Assembly: GCA_013239625.1 (NCBI GenBank)
Contig: MU054187.1
Location: forward strand, 9,133,231 to 9,197,230
From: Lama guanicoe
Taxonomy: Eukaryota
Length of the DNA: 64,000 nucleotides
Direction of reading: 5' to 3'
Below the pieces are notes generated by a model, which was not told where the DNA came from, made no database searches, and saw only the letters and a list, made by a program, of their open reading frames with translations. This document shows, in pieces, positions 1-12,215 of the stretch. Each line of letters opens with the position of its first letter. Position 1 is the first letter of the stretch. The translations under genes were made by a program, and so were the position numbers.

Positions 1-1257
1 ACTGCTTGGATCCTTTTGAAAAGAAAAAAAAAAAAGGGAATGGAGGGAGTGAGGGAGGGAAAGGGAAACGAAGAATTGAAATTCACACTATTGTTAGTAT
101 TAGCAGAAGTCTCATGAAATCGCCTTAGAGTGAATGGATGGTACCAACCTCTCCCTCTTTCCAACCAAAGTGAGCTCCCTAATCTTCCTAACTCCTGTAA
201 AGAGCTTAATATTTTACCTCTTGCAGGACCTTTGTGTTTAAAAAAGAATTTTTGAGTAGACAGTATGTACAACTGATGGAACTCTAGGCACAGCAACAAA
301 GCAGCAAAATCTGGGCATAGGTCTAAAACTTCTCAAATCACATGCCACGGGCTAATGCATTCCTGATGACAACTTATAAACCAGTAATTTGAACATCCTA
401 CTCCTCAATCAGAACTACAGCCCAAATACGCTATAAATTTACATTAATATTATGTTTGAGCATATATTTGAAGTATAATATAAATATGTACTTGTTCAGA
501 TGTAAAAGCCGAAACATGGCAGTACTGCATTTAAACCAAAGAATGAAGCATTTCGGAAAACAGAAAAAATGAAACTAAGGTCCCAAGAAAACAAGTGTCT
601 TGAGAGTGGGCACGGAGGACAGTCTCGGAAACAGGCCCACTCCGGTCCACAACTGTTCACACCACCCGCTGCACTGGCTTTGGCACCCAGGTTTGTGAAG
701 AGGCAACTACTAGAGTAACAACATTTGGAATAATGCACATTTACAAGCTGATGTTAGATATAAAGAGCCCTCATAAGCGAGCACACGATATGCAAATGAA
801 ATGTCACAAAAGAGGAAACACAAACGCACAAAAAACACTTCAGAAAGTGTTCACTCTTGTTTACTGTCAAGTGAAAACAAACTCAGTGTATCACAGCACA
901 TCTATGAAAGTAGTAAAACACTTATATAAATGTTTATAAAATATCTATAAAATGTTTATTTAACATAGTATTTATTCTGATTTAATACTGTAAGAATGGA
1001 GATGGAAGAGTTATGATCATTCATCTTGGTACTGTAAAAGAACAGAAAATTCTAGAAAGTCACAAAGTGTTTCTACTTCTTGACCCAATCTAGGGATTCT
1101 ACTCTAAAGGCCTCATCAAATTTGCATGAAGGTATTCAATACAGTTTTGCAGACAACAGCAAAAATCTGAAAGGAGCTCTGACGTTCAGCACCTGGAGCA
1201 TGTGCTACTGACAGGCCAACATGGTATCACTACTAGTGACCATTAAGTACAACCATA

Positions 1258-1437
1258 CACCTGTTCTGCCAGTACAGTACCCACCAGCCATATGTAGCTA
1301 TTTAAATAAAACTGAATTTAAAATTCCTCAGTCAAAACTAGCCACATTTCAAGTGCTCACTTAGCTGCACAGGACTAGTGACTACTACGTCAGACACTGT
1401 GGAGAACATTCCCATCATCACAGAAAGTTCTATCGAG
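1258..1437. mobile_element. MER3-like hAT-Charlie MITE
   Basis: ctagccacatttcaagtgctca...agaacattcccatcatcacagaaagttcta matches the recalled MER3 consensus. Confidence 0.75.
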
Positions 1438-1980
1438 GGTTGATCTACATGGCTACCTGCGCCATCCTCTCTCCGTCTCCCACTACATGCACCCATTTAC
1501 CTAGAAACACCTATTCAACCTCAGGCCTTGGCCTAAGGTTCAACTACTACGTGAGACTTTCCCTGATTTACCCAGGGAAAATCAGGTACACCTTCTCGCA
1601 GTCTCATTACACCTTGGTAACGCCAATAAAAATTACATCACATGTAATCATACCATTCCCCCCACCACAATCCTGTAAGCTTCCTGAAGGGGGAACCAAC
1701 TTGTATCCAAGGGGCCTTGAACTGTTCCGGCACATACAGGACCTTAATAGTTTGTCACATACTAAGAACACTGCTAAAGACAACAGACATGCACACTACC
1801 ACAGTTAAAAATGTTTATGTATAAGGAAAGCAACCCATCAAAGAAACACTTGGTTAGGTTGGCAGGCTCACAAGTGACTTTTTTTTTTACATTTTCTCAG
1901 TACCTAATACAAGGAGCCTCATTCACAGAAGGTGTTCAGTAAATATTTGTGGAATAGTTTCTGAATTTAAAAAAAAAAAA

Positions 1981-2200
1981 GACACCAAGAATGAACCCTA
2001 ATGTAAACTATGGACTCTGGGTGATAATGATGTGTCAACACAGGTTCAGCAATTGTAACAAATGTACTGCTCAGGTTGGGGATACTGATGATGGGGAAGG
2101 TTACGCATGTACGGGGTCAGGGGGTATATGGGAAATCTATGCACATTCTACTCAGTGGTGCTGTGAACCTAAAACTGCTCTAAAAAAATTAAATCTATTT
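1981..2200 (+). mobile_element. L1MC1-like 3' end
   Basis: gaaccctaatgtaaactatggac...tgtgaacctaaaactgctctaaaaaa is typical of the L1MC 3' UTR. Confidence 0.8.
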
Positions 2201-5200
2201 AGAAAAAATATATATAGATGCTAAATTAGAAATCAAATTTAGCTCGTTATTAAAAGCATATGTTTACATGTTAGATTCCAACATTTTGTTCAATAATAAT
2301 GCATATCATGCATTTATGATAAATCTTAAAAATTAAACCTCAAATTTCTAACCCAGGTAAGATTTGTTTCCAATGTAGAGAAAATCCGACTGAAATAATC
2401 CCAGGTGCACTGCTTTGTTGTGCCATCCGTACACTAACTCAACTTCCACGCTTAATTAGCACCTATCTATGCAAAGCATAAAGTGAACAAGATAAGTTCT
2501 GCTCTCACAATGTTTTCTTCCAAATAAGAACTGTATTCTGCAAGATAAATGTTTCAACTCAGTAATCAACAACAGATATCCCCAAATGGCAAAAACACTC
2601 TTCTTTTATTATCCTTATTTTAAAAATAATTTTAAAAATTCATATTAACCATTTGAGAAAGTAGTACATGACTTGGTTTAAAACAAAAAAATTAATGCCT
2701 CATTTACTTGGCATCCTTGAGAAAGCTGGTGTTCCACATAAATGAATTTTCCAGATAACTGATGCTTGTCCATTTAAGCACCAACACTTAAACTGGCCTG
2801 GAGATCTTTTTTTTTTTTTTTAGTACAAATCTTCTAACTTTTAAAAAACAGACTCTATTAAACATTATTTTGACTAATGTCAAAAACATTACTGTGTTGT
2901 ACTCAAGCCCCTAAACTGTATGTCTTTTTGAAAGCTGCCAGCTTTGAAGAGCGTTTCTTTTGATCCCAGGCTTTTGGTGTATCAGCTGTCAACTTTTGCT
3001 GCTATCAGTATGAACCTGACTCTAGCAGTCTCCCATCCCCCTTCAAATTTACTGCTACTTGGAAAACAAGTTTGTCAGACTTTTGCCTAAAACATACAGG
3101 CTCTGAGAGGATCTCCCAATCTATTTTGGTTGCTCAGAGTCTTCTGCTTATTTCCTGAATCTGCTAAAGTCTGCAGTTACAAATTCCAAACCAAGTTTTG
3201 GATAAATGAGTTACTGCTGTACCTCAATGAAAGTCCTTACCTTTATTTCCTATCTTAAGCCAATGCTCAGTCAAAGATAACTTCATTACCTATTCACTCA
3301 CTCAACAAATACATATTAAGTACCTACTATGAGCTGGGCTCCAATATTATGATGAAATAAAAAACTGAGAAGATTGCTAGTTTTGAACATACTTTAAAAT
3401 AGAAAAACTCTAATAAAAATAACTTCTACTTCATGCTTAAAGAAAAAAAGAAAGAAAAAGAAAAATGAGGGTTTTTTAAGTCTTTTAAATGAAACTAGAA
3501 GACCACCTGAACTATTTATAATTCCTGTAGATTTAGACTTAGGAACTGATAATTCAAGGGCAAAGAAAGCTTTTGATTTAACCAAATATTTATTTTACAG
3601 AGCTCTGAATAAGTTTCCAAGATTTTCTACCTCTTTTTTGTCTATTACAAATTTCCATTTGGCCCTAAAGAAATCACTATCAACATGTATGTCAGTACTA
3701 AATGATAAGCAAAGTCTTGATAATGATAAATATACCCATTCAGCATCATGGTAAGTTTACCATCATTTTAATGCTGAGCATCACTGATTTGAAAAAAAGT
3801 GTTAATTTAGGAAAATTCCTGCTCAAATTTTCAGAAGTTCCTATATACTTCACTTTGGGATACAAATTTTTTTTTAAGTTTTAAAAGTTAGTAAACTATG
3901 GTGTGACTCTACAATATTTGCTTTATCTGCTACAATCTTATTTTTTAAATTCCATTACCCATTTAATGGTCTCTGTGGATTAATTAAGACATCAGGTAAA
4001 ACCCCTGGCATCAGCCTTACTTGTTCTAATTCCCTTGGAATCTCCCAACTCGTTCATTTTCTCCTCGGGGAGCACAAGTAACCTTATTCATGTTTTATAA
4101 TTTTACAAATGACTAGCGATTGCCTTTAATATTGAGAAAGAGCCAGAAATGGGTATTAGTCATGTGCTGCTGATATGAGAAAGTAAAATAATATTGAGAA
4201 ATGAAAAAAGTTACTACCATTAAAAACCTTTTCAGCAGTGCATTAGTATCTCTTCAACATTAATTCTGGAACCTGAAAATGTTTTAAGCAGTACTATAAA
4301 GACAGATCACTGACCTAACTTTCAAAATAACTATGCAGTATTATTTTTAAATGCCACTTAATATTATAATAATGTTTACAAGTTGTCTCTGACCTTATTA
4401 GCATACCACCTTGTCCTGTGAAAGAAGTCTGATTTTAAATAAAAACAACTCAGAGAAACCCAAATACAGGCTTTTGCTCTCTACAATGTAGGCGAAGCAC
4501 CAAATGACAAATACTTACTGGACACACCTGTTACAAGAAAAATCTCTACCAGGTGCCATCTACAACAGCAGTTTAAAAAAAAAAACAGATCGGGCTCAAG
4601 ATATTTACAATATTATTGGAGAGAAGAAATATACTCCCATAAAAATGCTAATATTAATCAACAGGAAAAATAAATACATTTGATATTAAAAGGGATCATG
4701 AACATGTAACGTTCTGGCGGCAGAAATGGAGGGCACTCAGTTCAAATGCAAACAAAACAAAATTCTTTTCGCCTATTTAAAATCTGGCAATCAACATCAG
4801 CCAGAGCTAAGACGCTGGGCCAACAGCATCACCACAGAAAAAAACTCGAAATTCTCAGGAGCAACTGGTATTGGACCATTCAAAACAAAGTCTTCCTGTG
4901 AGTGCTCCATCAGTAGTTTTTCTCTTAAAATCTGTTTATCAAATTAAAAACAAAACAGATTCCTGGCTATCAACTTTACGGAAACCGAAGCTTCAAGGAA
5001 GCATTCTCGATACTTGATTGTTTGATACCACTCAGGGTCCATCCACACAATCGAAGGAGTCGGGGACTAGAGCAACCGAGAACTGGCCTATTGTTCGGAG
5101 AACCGCAAGACCAACCGAGCACCACGGGGCGCGCGGGTGCTGGGGAAGGCGAGGCTCGAACCCCGCACAGGTGTGCGTGCGTGTGTGCATGCGGGGGGCG

Positions 5201-5583
5201 GGGGAGACAGGTGTGCCCAGGGCCACAACTGAGGAAAAGAGGCCCAACTTCTAGACTGAGACGTCGAGAAAGGGAGGAAGACAGAGTCATTCCTGAATCT
5301 TTAGCCGCTGAGCACGGAGAGGGGCGGGCCTGAGGAGAGTCTTAAGGACTCCCAGAACCCACCCGTGTCTGGGCTTGGGGAGGCCGGGGGTCTGAAGGTG
5401 TACCGCCCCAACGGTAAAAGAAAAGGCTCTCAAAAGGCCAGCCTAGAAATCTCCAAACAATGGGCAATGCTGGGTCTGGGGTGAAAGGCGGGGGTGGGGG
5501 GTGTTGTCGAGGAGCTGAAGCGCGGCGGGAGGGAAACAAAAGAGAAAAGCCCCCAAGTGTGGGTCCCCAGAGGCGGCGTTTAC

Positions 5584-5721
5584 CTGTGAGAGCTGCCGGG
5601 GATTGGGGCAGCCGAAGAGCGCGGAGCTGGAGCTGAAGCTGATGGCCCCTCGGCGGCTGAGGACGTGCTGGGGGACCGGCCTGTCCAGGGGCAGCACCGG
5701 CAGCTGGTAACATACTTCCAT
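5584..5721 (-). CDS. PDE7A: PDE7A first coding exon (PDE7A1 isoform; cAMP-specific phosphodiesterase 7A), 46 codons, phase-0 donor
   Basis: Translation MEVCYQLPVLPLDRPVPQHVLSRRGAISFSSSSALFGCPNPRQLSQ matches the recalled PDE7A1 N-terminus; ATG at 5721-5719; ends at CAG|GTAAAC donor (GT at 5583-5582); inside a CpG island. Confidence 0.96.
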
Positions 5722-6250
5722 TGAATAAGCCCGCCCTGCCCCCGCGCGGCGCCCGCCCTGCCGCGGCCGCCGGCCCCTGCGTTGGTAAGGGGCCGCGGCT
5801 CGGGGGCGCCAGGCCGAGGCGGGGGCAGGGCGGGCGAGCGGCGACCCCGGGCCGGGAAGCCGCGCTCACGCCTCCCCCACCCCCAACACTCCGGTCGGGC
5901 AGCCGGCGGGAAGGCGCTGCGGCGGCCGCCGCGACAGTTACGAGGACCACCGCGCGCCCGGCTTCGGGGTGCAAGCGGGGGCAGCACAGGCAAAGTAGGA
6001 TGTGGGAGTCGGGCGCCCCAAGACTCTTCGGCCGAGAGGAGAGGATCCGGGAGGAGCGGAACAAGGACAGAGTAAAGCGGTGCAAGAAAAAACGCTGGAG
6101 GCACGGCGAGACCCAAAGCACGCGGGGCTCGGGTGCAGCCACCAGCTCCGGCCGCCGCCGCCGCCGCGGTCCTGCCCCTCCCCTCCCCCGGAGCCTGACT
6201 TCACTCCGCCGCCGGCGCGAGCCCGGCGTAATTCACACTTTGCAGCCGCG
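5722..6250 (-). other. PDE7A: Probable GC-rich 5' UTR of PDE7A1 (TSS inferred, approximate)
   Basis: No minus-strand ATG between 5722 and 6280; short (GCC)5 run at ~6151-6165; lies just downstream of the CRE at 6282. Confidence 0.55.
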
Positions 6251-6279
6251 GACCCTGCGCCAACCACGGCCGCCGCCAC

Positions 6280-6291
6280 CGTGACGTCACG
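6280..6291. promoter_or_regulatory. Perfect CRE (TGACGTCA 6282-6289) within 12-bp palindrome CGTGACGTCACG
   Basis: Direct motif match to the CREB/ATF consensus in the promoter CpG island. Confidence 0.8.
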
Positions 6292-6735
6292 ACGCCGCGC
6301 CGCAGGCCCCGCGCCTCGCGCCGCCGCAGCGCCCAGGGAGACCCGCTAGCGGCCAAGGGGGCGAGTCGCCCTCCTCCTGTGCGGCACCCTGGAGCTCTGT
6401 CACCGTCCCCCTCCCGCCACACTCTGTCCTCCTTCCCTTCCAATCCTCATCTTGCAGCACCCCCAGCTCTCCACCTCTCTGCCCCCGACCCGAGGCGCGT
6501 GCGCATGAGGCCCCACCGTTTGGGGACATTCCCCTTATCGCTAAACTCTGGCTTTGCGGCGCGCGGAGGGAGGGTGGTGGGGTCAGCCTACGCGAGAGGC
6601 GCGATTCCGGCCTTTCCACCCCAGAAACCCGAAGCACTCGGCCCACTCGCAGCGCTTAGCCCTGACCGCGGGGTCACCGCTGTGTTTCCCTCCTGAATTC
6701 CCATTCTTGGGCTTCGCTCGGAACCGCTGCGGCAG

Positions 6736-6780
6736 TGACGTCAGCGGGCCGCGCGGGCACCGTCTTCCCCGCTACGTCAC
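6736..6780. promoter_or_regulatory. Second perfect CRE (6736-6743) plus CRE half-site (ACGTCA 6774-6779)
   Basis: Direct motif match. Confidence 0.7.
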
Positions 6781-7609
6781 TGCCAGCCCCTTGGCGGGGT
6801 CGGGCTCCGGCGCTCCCCTGACAGGTGCGGGACCCGGGGCTGTCCCACGCAGAGGGGCCAAGAGCGGAGCCAAGAATGCGGGCTTGAGGAGGGGGCGAGG
6901 GGTTGGAGGGAAAACACCGAGACTGAGAAAGAAGAAGTGAGAGTATGCACTGGAAAAAATGAGAAAGAAAGGATGAAAATGAGAAGACAAAGAGGGGAAG
7001 GAGACTGCATGCCCTTTTACCAAAAATGTTTTTGTTTTCTTGGCTTTCATTTCTAGAAGACAGGGGAAAGTAAAGAACCCTTGACCTGGTTTGTAAACTG
7101 GATATGTAATTTGCAGGTTCATTTGTCACATTTCTCCCGAAACTGTCAAAGCTTTTCAGCTGCAACCCTTTGTTTCAAACGCATCCCAGCCTCTGGGACG
7201 TCAGCCTGAACAAGCTTTCCCCTGCTGGCGAAATTGCTAATCTGGCTCTGATCTCCGGGTACCTACCCTTCTTCCACTTATGTGTTAGGACCAGCCACTG
7301 GCAAGGTGACAGGTCCTTGAGAGCTCTGCATAGCAAGTAACGGATGAGATCAGGTATATGTTCATGATCCCTTAAATCAACGGAAGTCTGCAAGACCTTT
7401 TATCATCTTTCCACGGTACCTGTTTCTTTTATATCACTTAAAACTTTCTATCTCTTAGTGGTTATTTTTCTACTTGTTTGCTCCACTATTAAAAGAATAT
7501 AACTTGCATTGTGGTTTCATGGATTTTTGTCTTCACCAGATGGTAAGCTCCCCTTAAGCGCCAGTGAACCAACCCATCTCTGAAACCCTAAATGCTACCA
7601 CAACATCTA

Positions 7610-7732
7610 GTAGATGTATTGAGCATCCTCTGTATGCTTGGGATTAAGCTGAGCACTTTCTCCTATTTACCTCTGACAAAAACCCCATAAGGTAACAGTT
7701 TCTAAATGGAAACTAGGCTCAGGGAAACATAA
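7610..7732. mobile_element. MIR fragment, split by an LTR (resumes ~8258)
   Basis: ggaaactaggctcag ... [LTR] ... atgacttgcct core motif. Confidence 0.55.
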
Positions 7733-8257
7733 TGTAATAGAAAAGAACAAATCTGACTCCATATTATATCTGTTCCTTTGGCTTTAACCCTGTGCTCTGT
7801 TTCCTAGGCTTAGTCTTCCTGGTTCTGCACCTTTTATAAAACAGTGTTGCCTATAGCCTGAAATAGATAGGACAGCCTATTCTCAAGGCTCTAAAGTTAA
7901 AGGATATTAACGCTTTCTCATTCACATAAAGATAACAAGTTGCAGAATAGACAATTACATTTGTTTTGTTGGAGGTTTACAGGAACACCATGATCCACCA
8001 TGTGGACAGCTGCAAGAACGAAGGATTCCAAGAACAAAGAATTCCTACACCAAGAAGTTTGCAAAACCCCCTCCCCTTTTTAGTATAAAAGGAGCCTGAA
8101 TTCTGACTAGGGGAAGATGGTTCTCCAGGACATCAGTCTGCCATCTTCTTGGTGGGCCACCTTTCTGAATAAAGTTGTTATTCCTTGCCCCAACACCTCA
8201 TCTCCTGATTTACTGGCCTATCCTGAGGCGAGCAGAACGAGTCTGGACTCGGTAACA
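7733..8257 (+). mobile_element. ERV1-class solo LTR (~525 bp)
   Basis: TG...CA termini (tgtaatag...ggtaaca), TATAAAA 8084-8090, AATAAA 8168-8173, imperfect 4-bp TSD ataa/atga. Confidence 0.8.
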
Positions 8258-8796
8258 ATGACTTGCCTTAGATCTTCCACATATATATGGCAGAACTAAC
8301 TTCAAATAATATTGGAATTTTGTGTTCATCTAAACACCCAGAAGGCAGAATTGGTGTTATATCAGACAGTGTATGTCAGGTAACTGTATCATATTTAATA
8401 CCATCTAAGAGACTCAGTTCGATTAAATCATTTAATAAGACTCAGAGCACTAATGTGTCTCCCGTCTGCAAAGAGGGGAGCTAACATTTACTACACACTC
8501 ACTGTGAACAATGATAGGTATTCTACATACAATGTTTAAATTAACCCTACACAACAGCCATATAAGTAAAAATTTGATCCCAATTCTACAATTCTGCAAA
8601 TAGGGAATCAGTTTCCAAGACCATAAATCATTTGTGCCACCAAACTCTGTTCTGTATGATTTCAGAACCATACGTTTCCACCACACCATGTGGTATCTCA
8701 AGACCAGAACTTCATCTGTTTTCAGTGTTCTTTACTGTTTTGAGGAATGTACTAGGGTTCTTCGAAAAACAAAACCAATTGCAGATATATATATAT

Positions 8797-8908
8797 CTGA
8801 CTTCCTTTGTGTTCAGTTGATTTTTATGCAGTGACATGTTCAGGTTCCCTTCTCACTGGATATTGTCTTTGTGGTTACAATGGGGACTACAGGTATCATC
8901 TAAAATTA
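8797..8908 (+). repeat. 112-bp direct duplicate of 10207-10318
   Basis: Ungapped alignment with 5 mismatches in 112 nt. Confidence 0.95.
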
Positions 8909-8921
8909 CATCTCCATACAT

Positions 8922-8923
<2 letters not shown>

Positions 8924-8957
<34 letters not shown>
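8924..8957. repeat. (TA)n microsatellite
   Basis: Seen directly. Confidence 0.95.
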
Positions 8958-8960
<3 letters not shown>

Positions 8961-9759
8961 TTGTGTTGCACATGTGCCTTGTCCAGGACATAAAGAAGCA
9001 GGAGGAGCTGCAGATTCTGCCGCTGCCCCCTGCTAATGAGGTGAGTCAGAAGATCGTGTGCAAAATCACAGTGGTGCTTAGGAACCTGCATGGACCTTTC
9101 AAGGGTAATGGCTGGTGCTTCTCTTCCACTTTTTAATTCCTTTGCAAATTTCTACTGTGGCCAACGGTAACCAAAACCATAAAAGGAAGAAAATTCTGGG
9201 AAATACAGTTCCAATTTAGCTAAGCTGACAATATAAAACCACCCCAGTCCATCTATTGTCAACTTGACATCTATACATACTGCTCAATTGTATTTAATTT
9301 TCAATGAAGATAATAGCAAAATCATGCCTCTGTCCATATGATGCAACTGTCTTTCATACAACCCAAAACAGCTCCCTCCTTTCCCAAAAGAGGATGAAGT
9401 CTTCTAGTGATGTTCACAGTATCCCTCGGCTATCTTGTAACTTACATACTAAGATAGTAGTTTATCTACTAGTAACACATCTTAGGGGAATGAGAGAGGA
9501 GTGAAATAAAATAATTGGTTAATAAATACACAAATATATTCATTTCAAAATTAGGAAAAAATACTCATAACTATTACAGTCCCTGTATCTGCAACTGGCA
9601 ACATAATCATAATTACTATTTATAATTACTTTCTTTCTCCCATTATCTGTCTCATACCCCCTTTGAGGTCAGCACACATCTCAGCTGAAAATGGTTCCCA
9701 CTGTGTAACAACTCAGAATCTGTTTACTAGTCAGGATCAATCACCCCACGCATTGTATA

Positions 9760-12215
9760 ACTATCTGTATGAGTCCCTGCTTTCAATTTTTAAACAGATA
9801 CATACAGAAGTGGAATTGCTGGATCATATAATTCTCTTGGTGAATTGTCTCTATAATAGTGATATCATATCCTTCTTTGTCTCTTGTAACAGTTTCTGTC
9901 CTAAAGACTATTCTGTCTTATATTAATATAGGAACCCCAGCTCCCTGTTGTTTATTATTTCCTTAGGGTATCCTCCCCTACCCTTTCACTTTCAACCTGT
10001 GAGTCCTCTTAGATCTAAAGTGAGTGTCTTGTAGATATCATATAGTTGGATCACGTTTTTCAAAGTCTATTCTGTAAATCTATGCCTTTTGTTTGGGAAA
10101 TTCAATCTATTTACATTTACAGAAATTGTTGATAGGAAGGAACTTACTTTGTCATTTTGTTGTTTTCCATATGTCTTACTTTTTTTGTCCATTATTTCCT
10201 CTATTACTGACTTCCTTTGTGTTCAACTGATTTTGATGCAGTGACATGTTCAGGTTCCCTTCTCACTGGATATTGTCTTTGTGGTTACAGTGGGGACTAC
10301 AGGTATCACCTAAAATTATAATAATCTGTTTTGAATTGATACCAACTTAACTGCAATCACATATAAAAACTCTACTCTTTTACAGCTTTCCCCTGACTTT
10401 ACATCACTGATGTTTCAAGTTACATCTTTATGAATTGCGTACCCATTAACATAAGTTAATACTTATTTTTAAGTATTGGTCCTCTAAATCCTGTAGAAAA
10501 TGGAAACTGTAGTTAGAAACCAAAATTACAATAACACTGGTTTTTATATTTGCCCATGTATTTATTTGTCCATTAAGATCTTTATATCTTCATATGACTT
10601 CAAGTTATTGTCTAGCATTCTTTCATTTCAAATCAAGGGAATGCTTTTAGCATGTCTTGTGGGACAAGACTAGTGAAATGAATTTTCTCAGCTTTCATTG
10701 TCTGGGAATGTTTTAATTCCTCCCTAATTTTTGTAGGACAATTTTTCCAAATATAAAGTTTTGGGTTGGCAGATTTTTTTTTCTTTCACCACCTTAAATC
10801 CACCATCTTATTGCCTTTTGGACTTCAAAATTCCTTTTGAGAAAATGACGGATAATCTTATTGAAGATCTCTTGTATGTGAGGAATCACTTCTCTCCTGC
10901 TGCTTTCAAAATTTTCTTTGTCTTTCAACAGTTTGACTATAATATAACTCTGTATGGGTCTCCTTAGGTTTATACTATTGGAGTACCTTGATCTTGGATT
11001 TGTGGAAATCACAAGATTTCTGAAAAGTTTTCTGCCATTATTTCTTCAAGTAACCTCTCTGCCTCTTTCTCTCTTTTACTTCAGGGCCTACTATATTGCA
11101 CCTATTGGCCCACTCGATAGAGTCCTATAATTCCCTTAGACTCTGTTCACTTTTCTTCATTCTTTTTTCCCCACTGCTTCTCAGTCTTCATGATTCCTAT
11201 CTTGAAGTCTGCTGACTCTTTTATTCTGCCTGCTCAAGTCTGTTCTTGAAAACTTCTAGTGATTTTTTTCAGTTCAGCTATTGTATTTTTCAGTTTCAGA
11301 ATTTCGATTTAGCTCCATTTTATAATTTCTTCCTCTTTGTTGATATTTTCATTTTGTTTACATTGTTTTCCTTATTTCCTTTAGTTCTTTGTGTTGTTCC
11401 CTACCAATCTGCACATATCTAAAGGCAATTGTTTTGAGGCCTCTCTCAGTTAAGATGCCTGTGTTTCTTCAGGGCTGGTTTCTGCCCCTTTATTTTCTTC
11501 CTGTGAATGGGTCGTGTTTTCCTGCTCCTCTGTATGCCTTGTGATTTTTTGGTTGATCATTGAATATTCAAAAATAGTCACCTATCCCAGGCTTTGTAGA
11601 CTGGCTCTGTGCCAGGGAAGTTCTTCACTAATTAGCTGAGTCTTGGTTCTAAGCTTTGAGATCAGCCCAAGGAGAAATCTTAAGGTCCTTCCTGAGTACG
11701 CATCTTGCCTGAGCCTGTGTGTGACTTTTTCTTTATTTCCCTGTGTACATGGCTGCTTTTAAATCTCTTAATATCCCCAAATGTCTCTTTTTAGGGTGTC
11801 TACCCATAATCTCTTACCCCAGGTATCTGTGGGCCAGTCTTCCTTTAATTTTCCCGAGCAGCACCCACTGTTTCTTCCTGATTGAAATCCAAGTTAGATA
11901 AACTTGAGACCAGTCCTTCAGGCAGCCCCAGGCAGGTCAAAATGTTAAAAATAAGGTCTGCTCTGCTCCCTTTGGCTTATAGTTTCTTTCTTTCTTTGTA
12001 TTGACTTTCCTTGGTTTTGATGTTAGGGTAATGTTGGTCTCATAAAATGAGTTAGGAAGTAACCCTTACTCTCCTATTTCTAAAAGAGTTTGCATATAGT
12101 GGTATTACTTTTTCCATAAATGTCTGATAGGATTCACCAGCGAAACTACCTGGACCTGGACTTTTCTTTGTGGAAGATTTTAAACTGTTAGCTCAATTTC
12201 TTTACTTGATAAAGC
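9760..12215 (-). mobile_element. Old L1M fragments (ORF2 endonuclease start, ORF1, 5' region), degenerate
   Basis: ttcactttcaacctgtgagtcctcttagatctaaagtgagtgtcttgtag is antisense L1 EN; minus ORF ...KDKENFESSRR... is ORF1-like. Confidence 0.8.

Larger units (their letters stand above)
1..5583 (-). other. PDE7A: PDE7A intron 1 (5' part; continues beyond window start)
   Basis: Follows the exon-1 GT donor; I did not find the next PDE7A exon (RRGAISYDSSDQ...) in 1-5583. Confidence 0.88.
5080..6900. promoter_or_regulatory. CpG-island promoter of PDE7A
   Basis: Very high GC and CpG density against an AT-rich background; GC boxes; overlaps exon 1. Confidence 0.93.
8745..9745 (-). mobile_element. 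ERVL-class (MLT2-like) LTR plus adjacent internal sequence
   Basis: gggttcttcgaaaaacaaaaccaat...gatatatatat start; tagctaagctgaca...gtccatctattgtcaacttgac LTR/internal junction. Confidence 0.6.

Noticed and set aside
5443..5583. Extension of the PDE7A ORF to 92 aa
   Set aside because: Read-through past the canonical donor into intron 1.
5342..6940. Many long overlapping ORFs (266, 187, 178 aa and others) in the CpG island
   Set aside because: Expected from stop-codon depletion in GC-rich DNA; Ala/Arg/Pro/Gly-rich; only the 46-codon PDE7A exon is recognisable.
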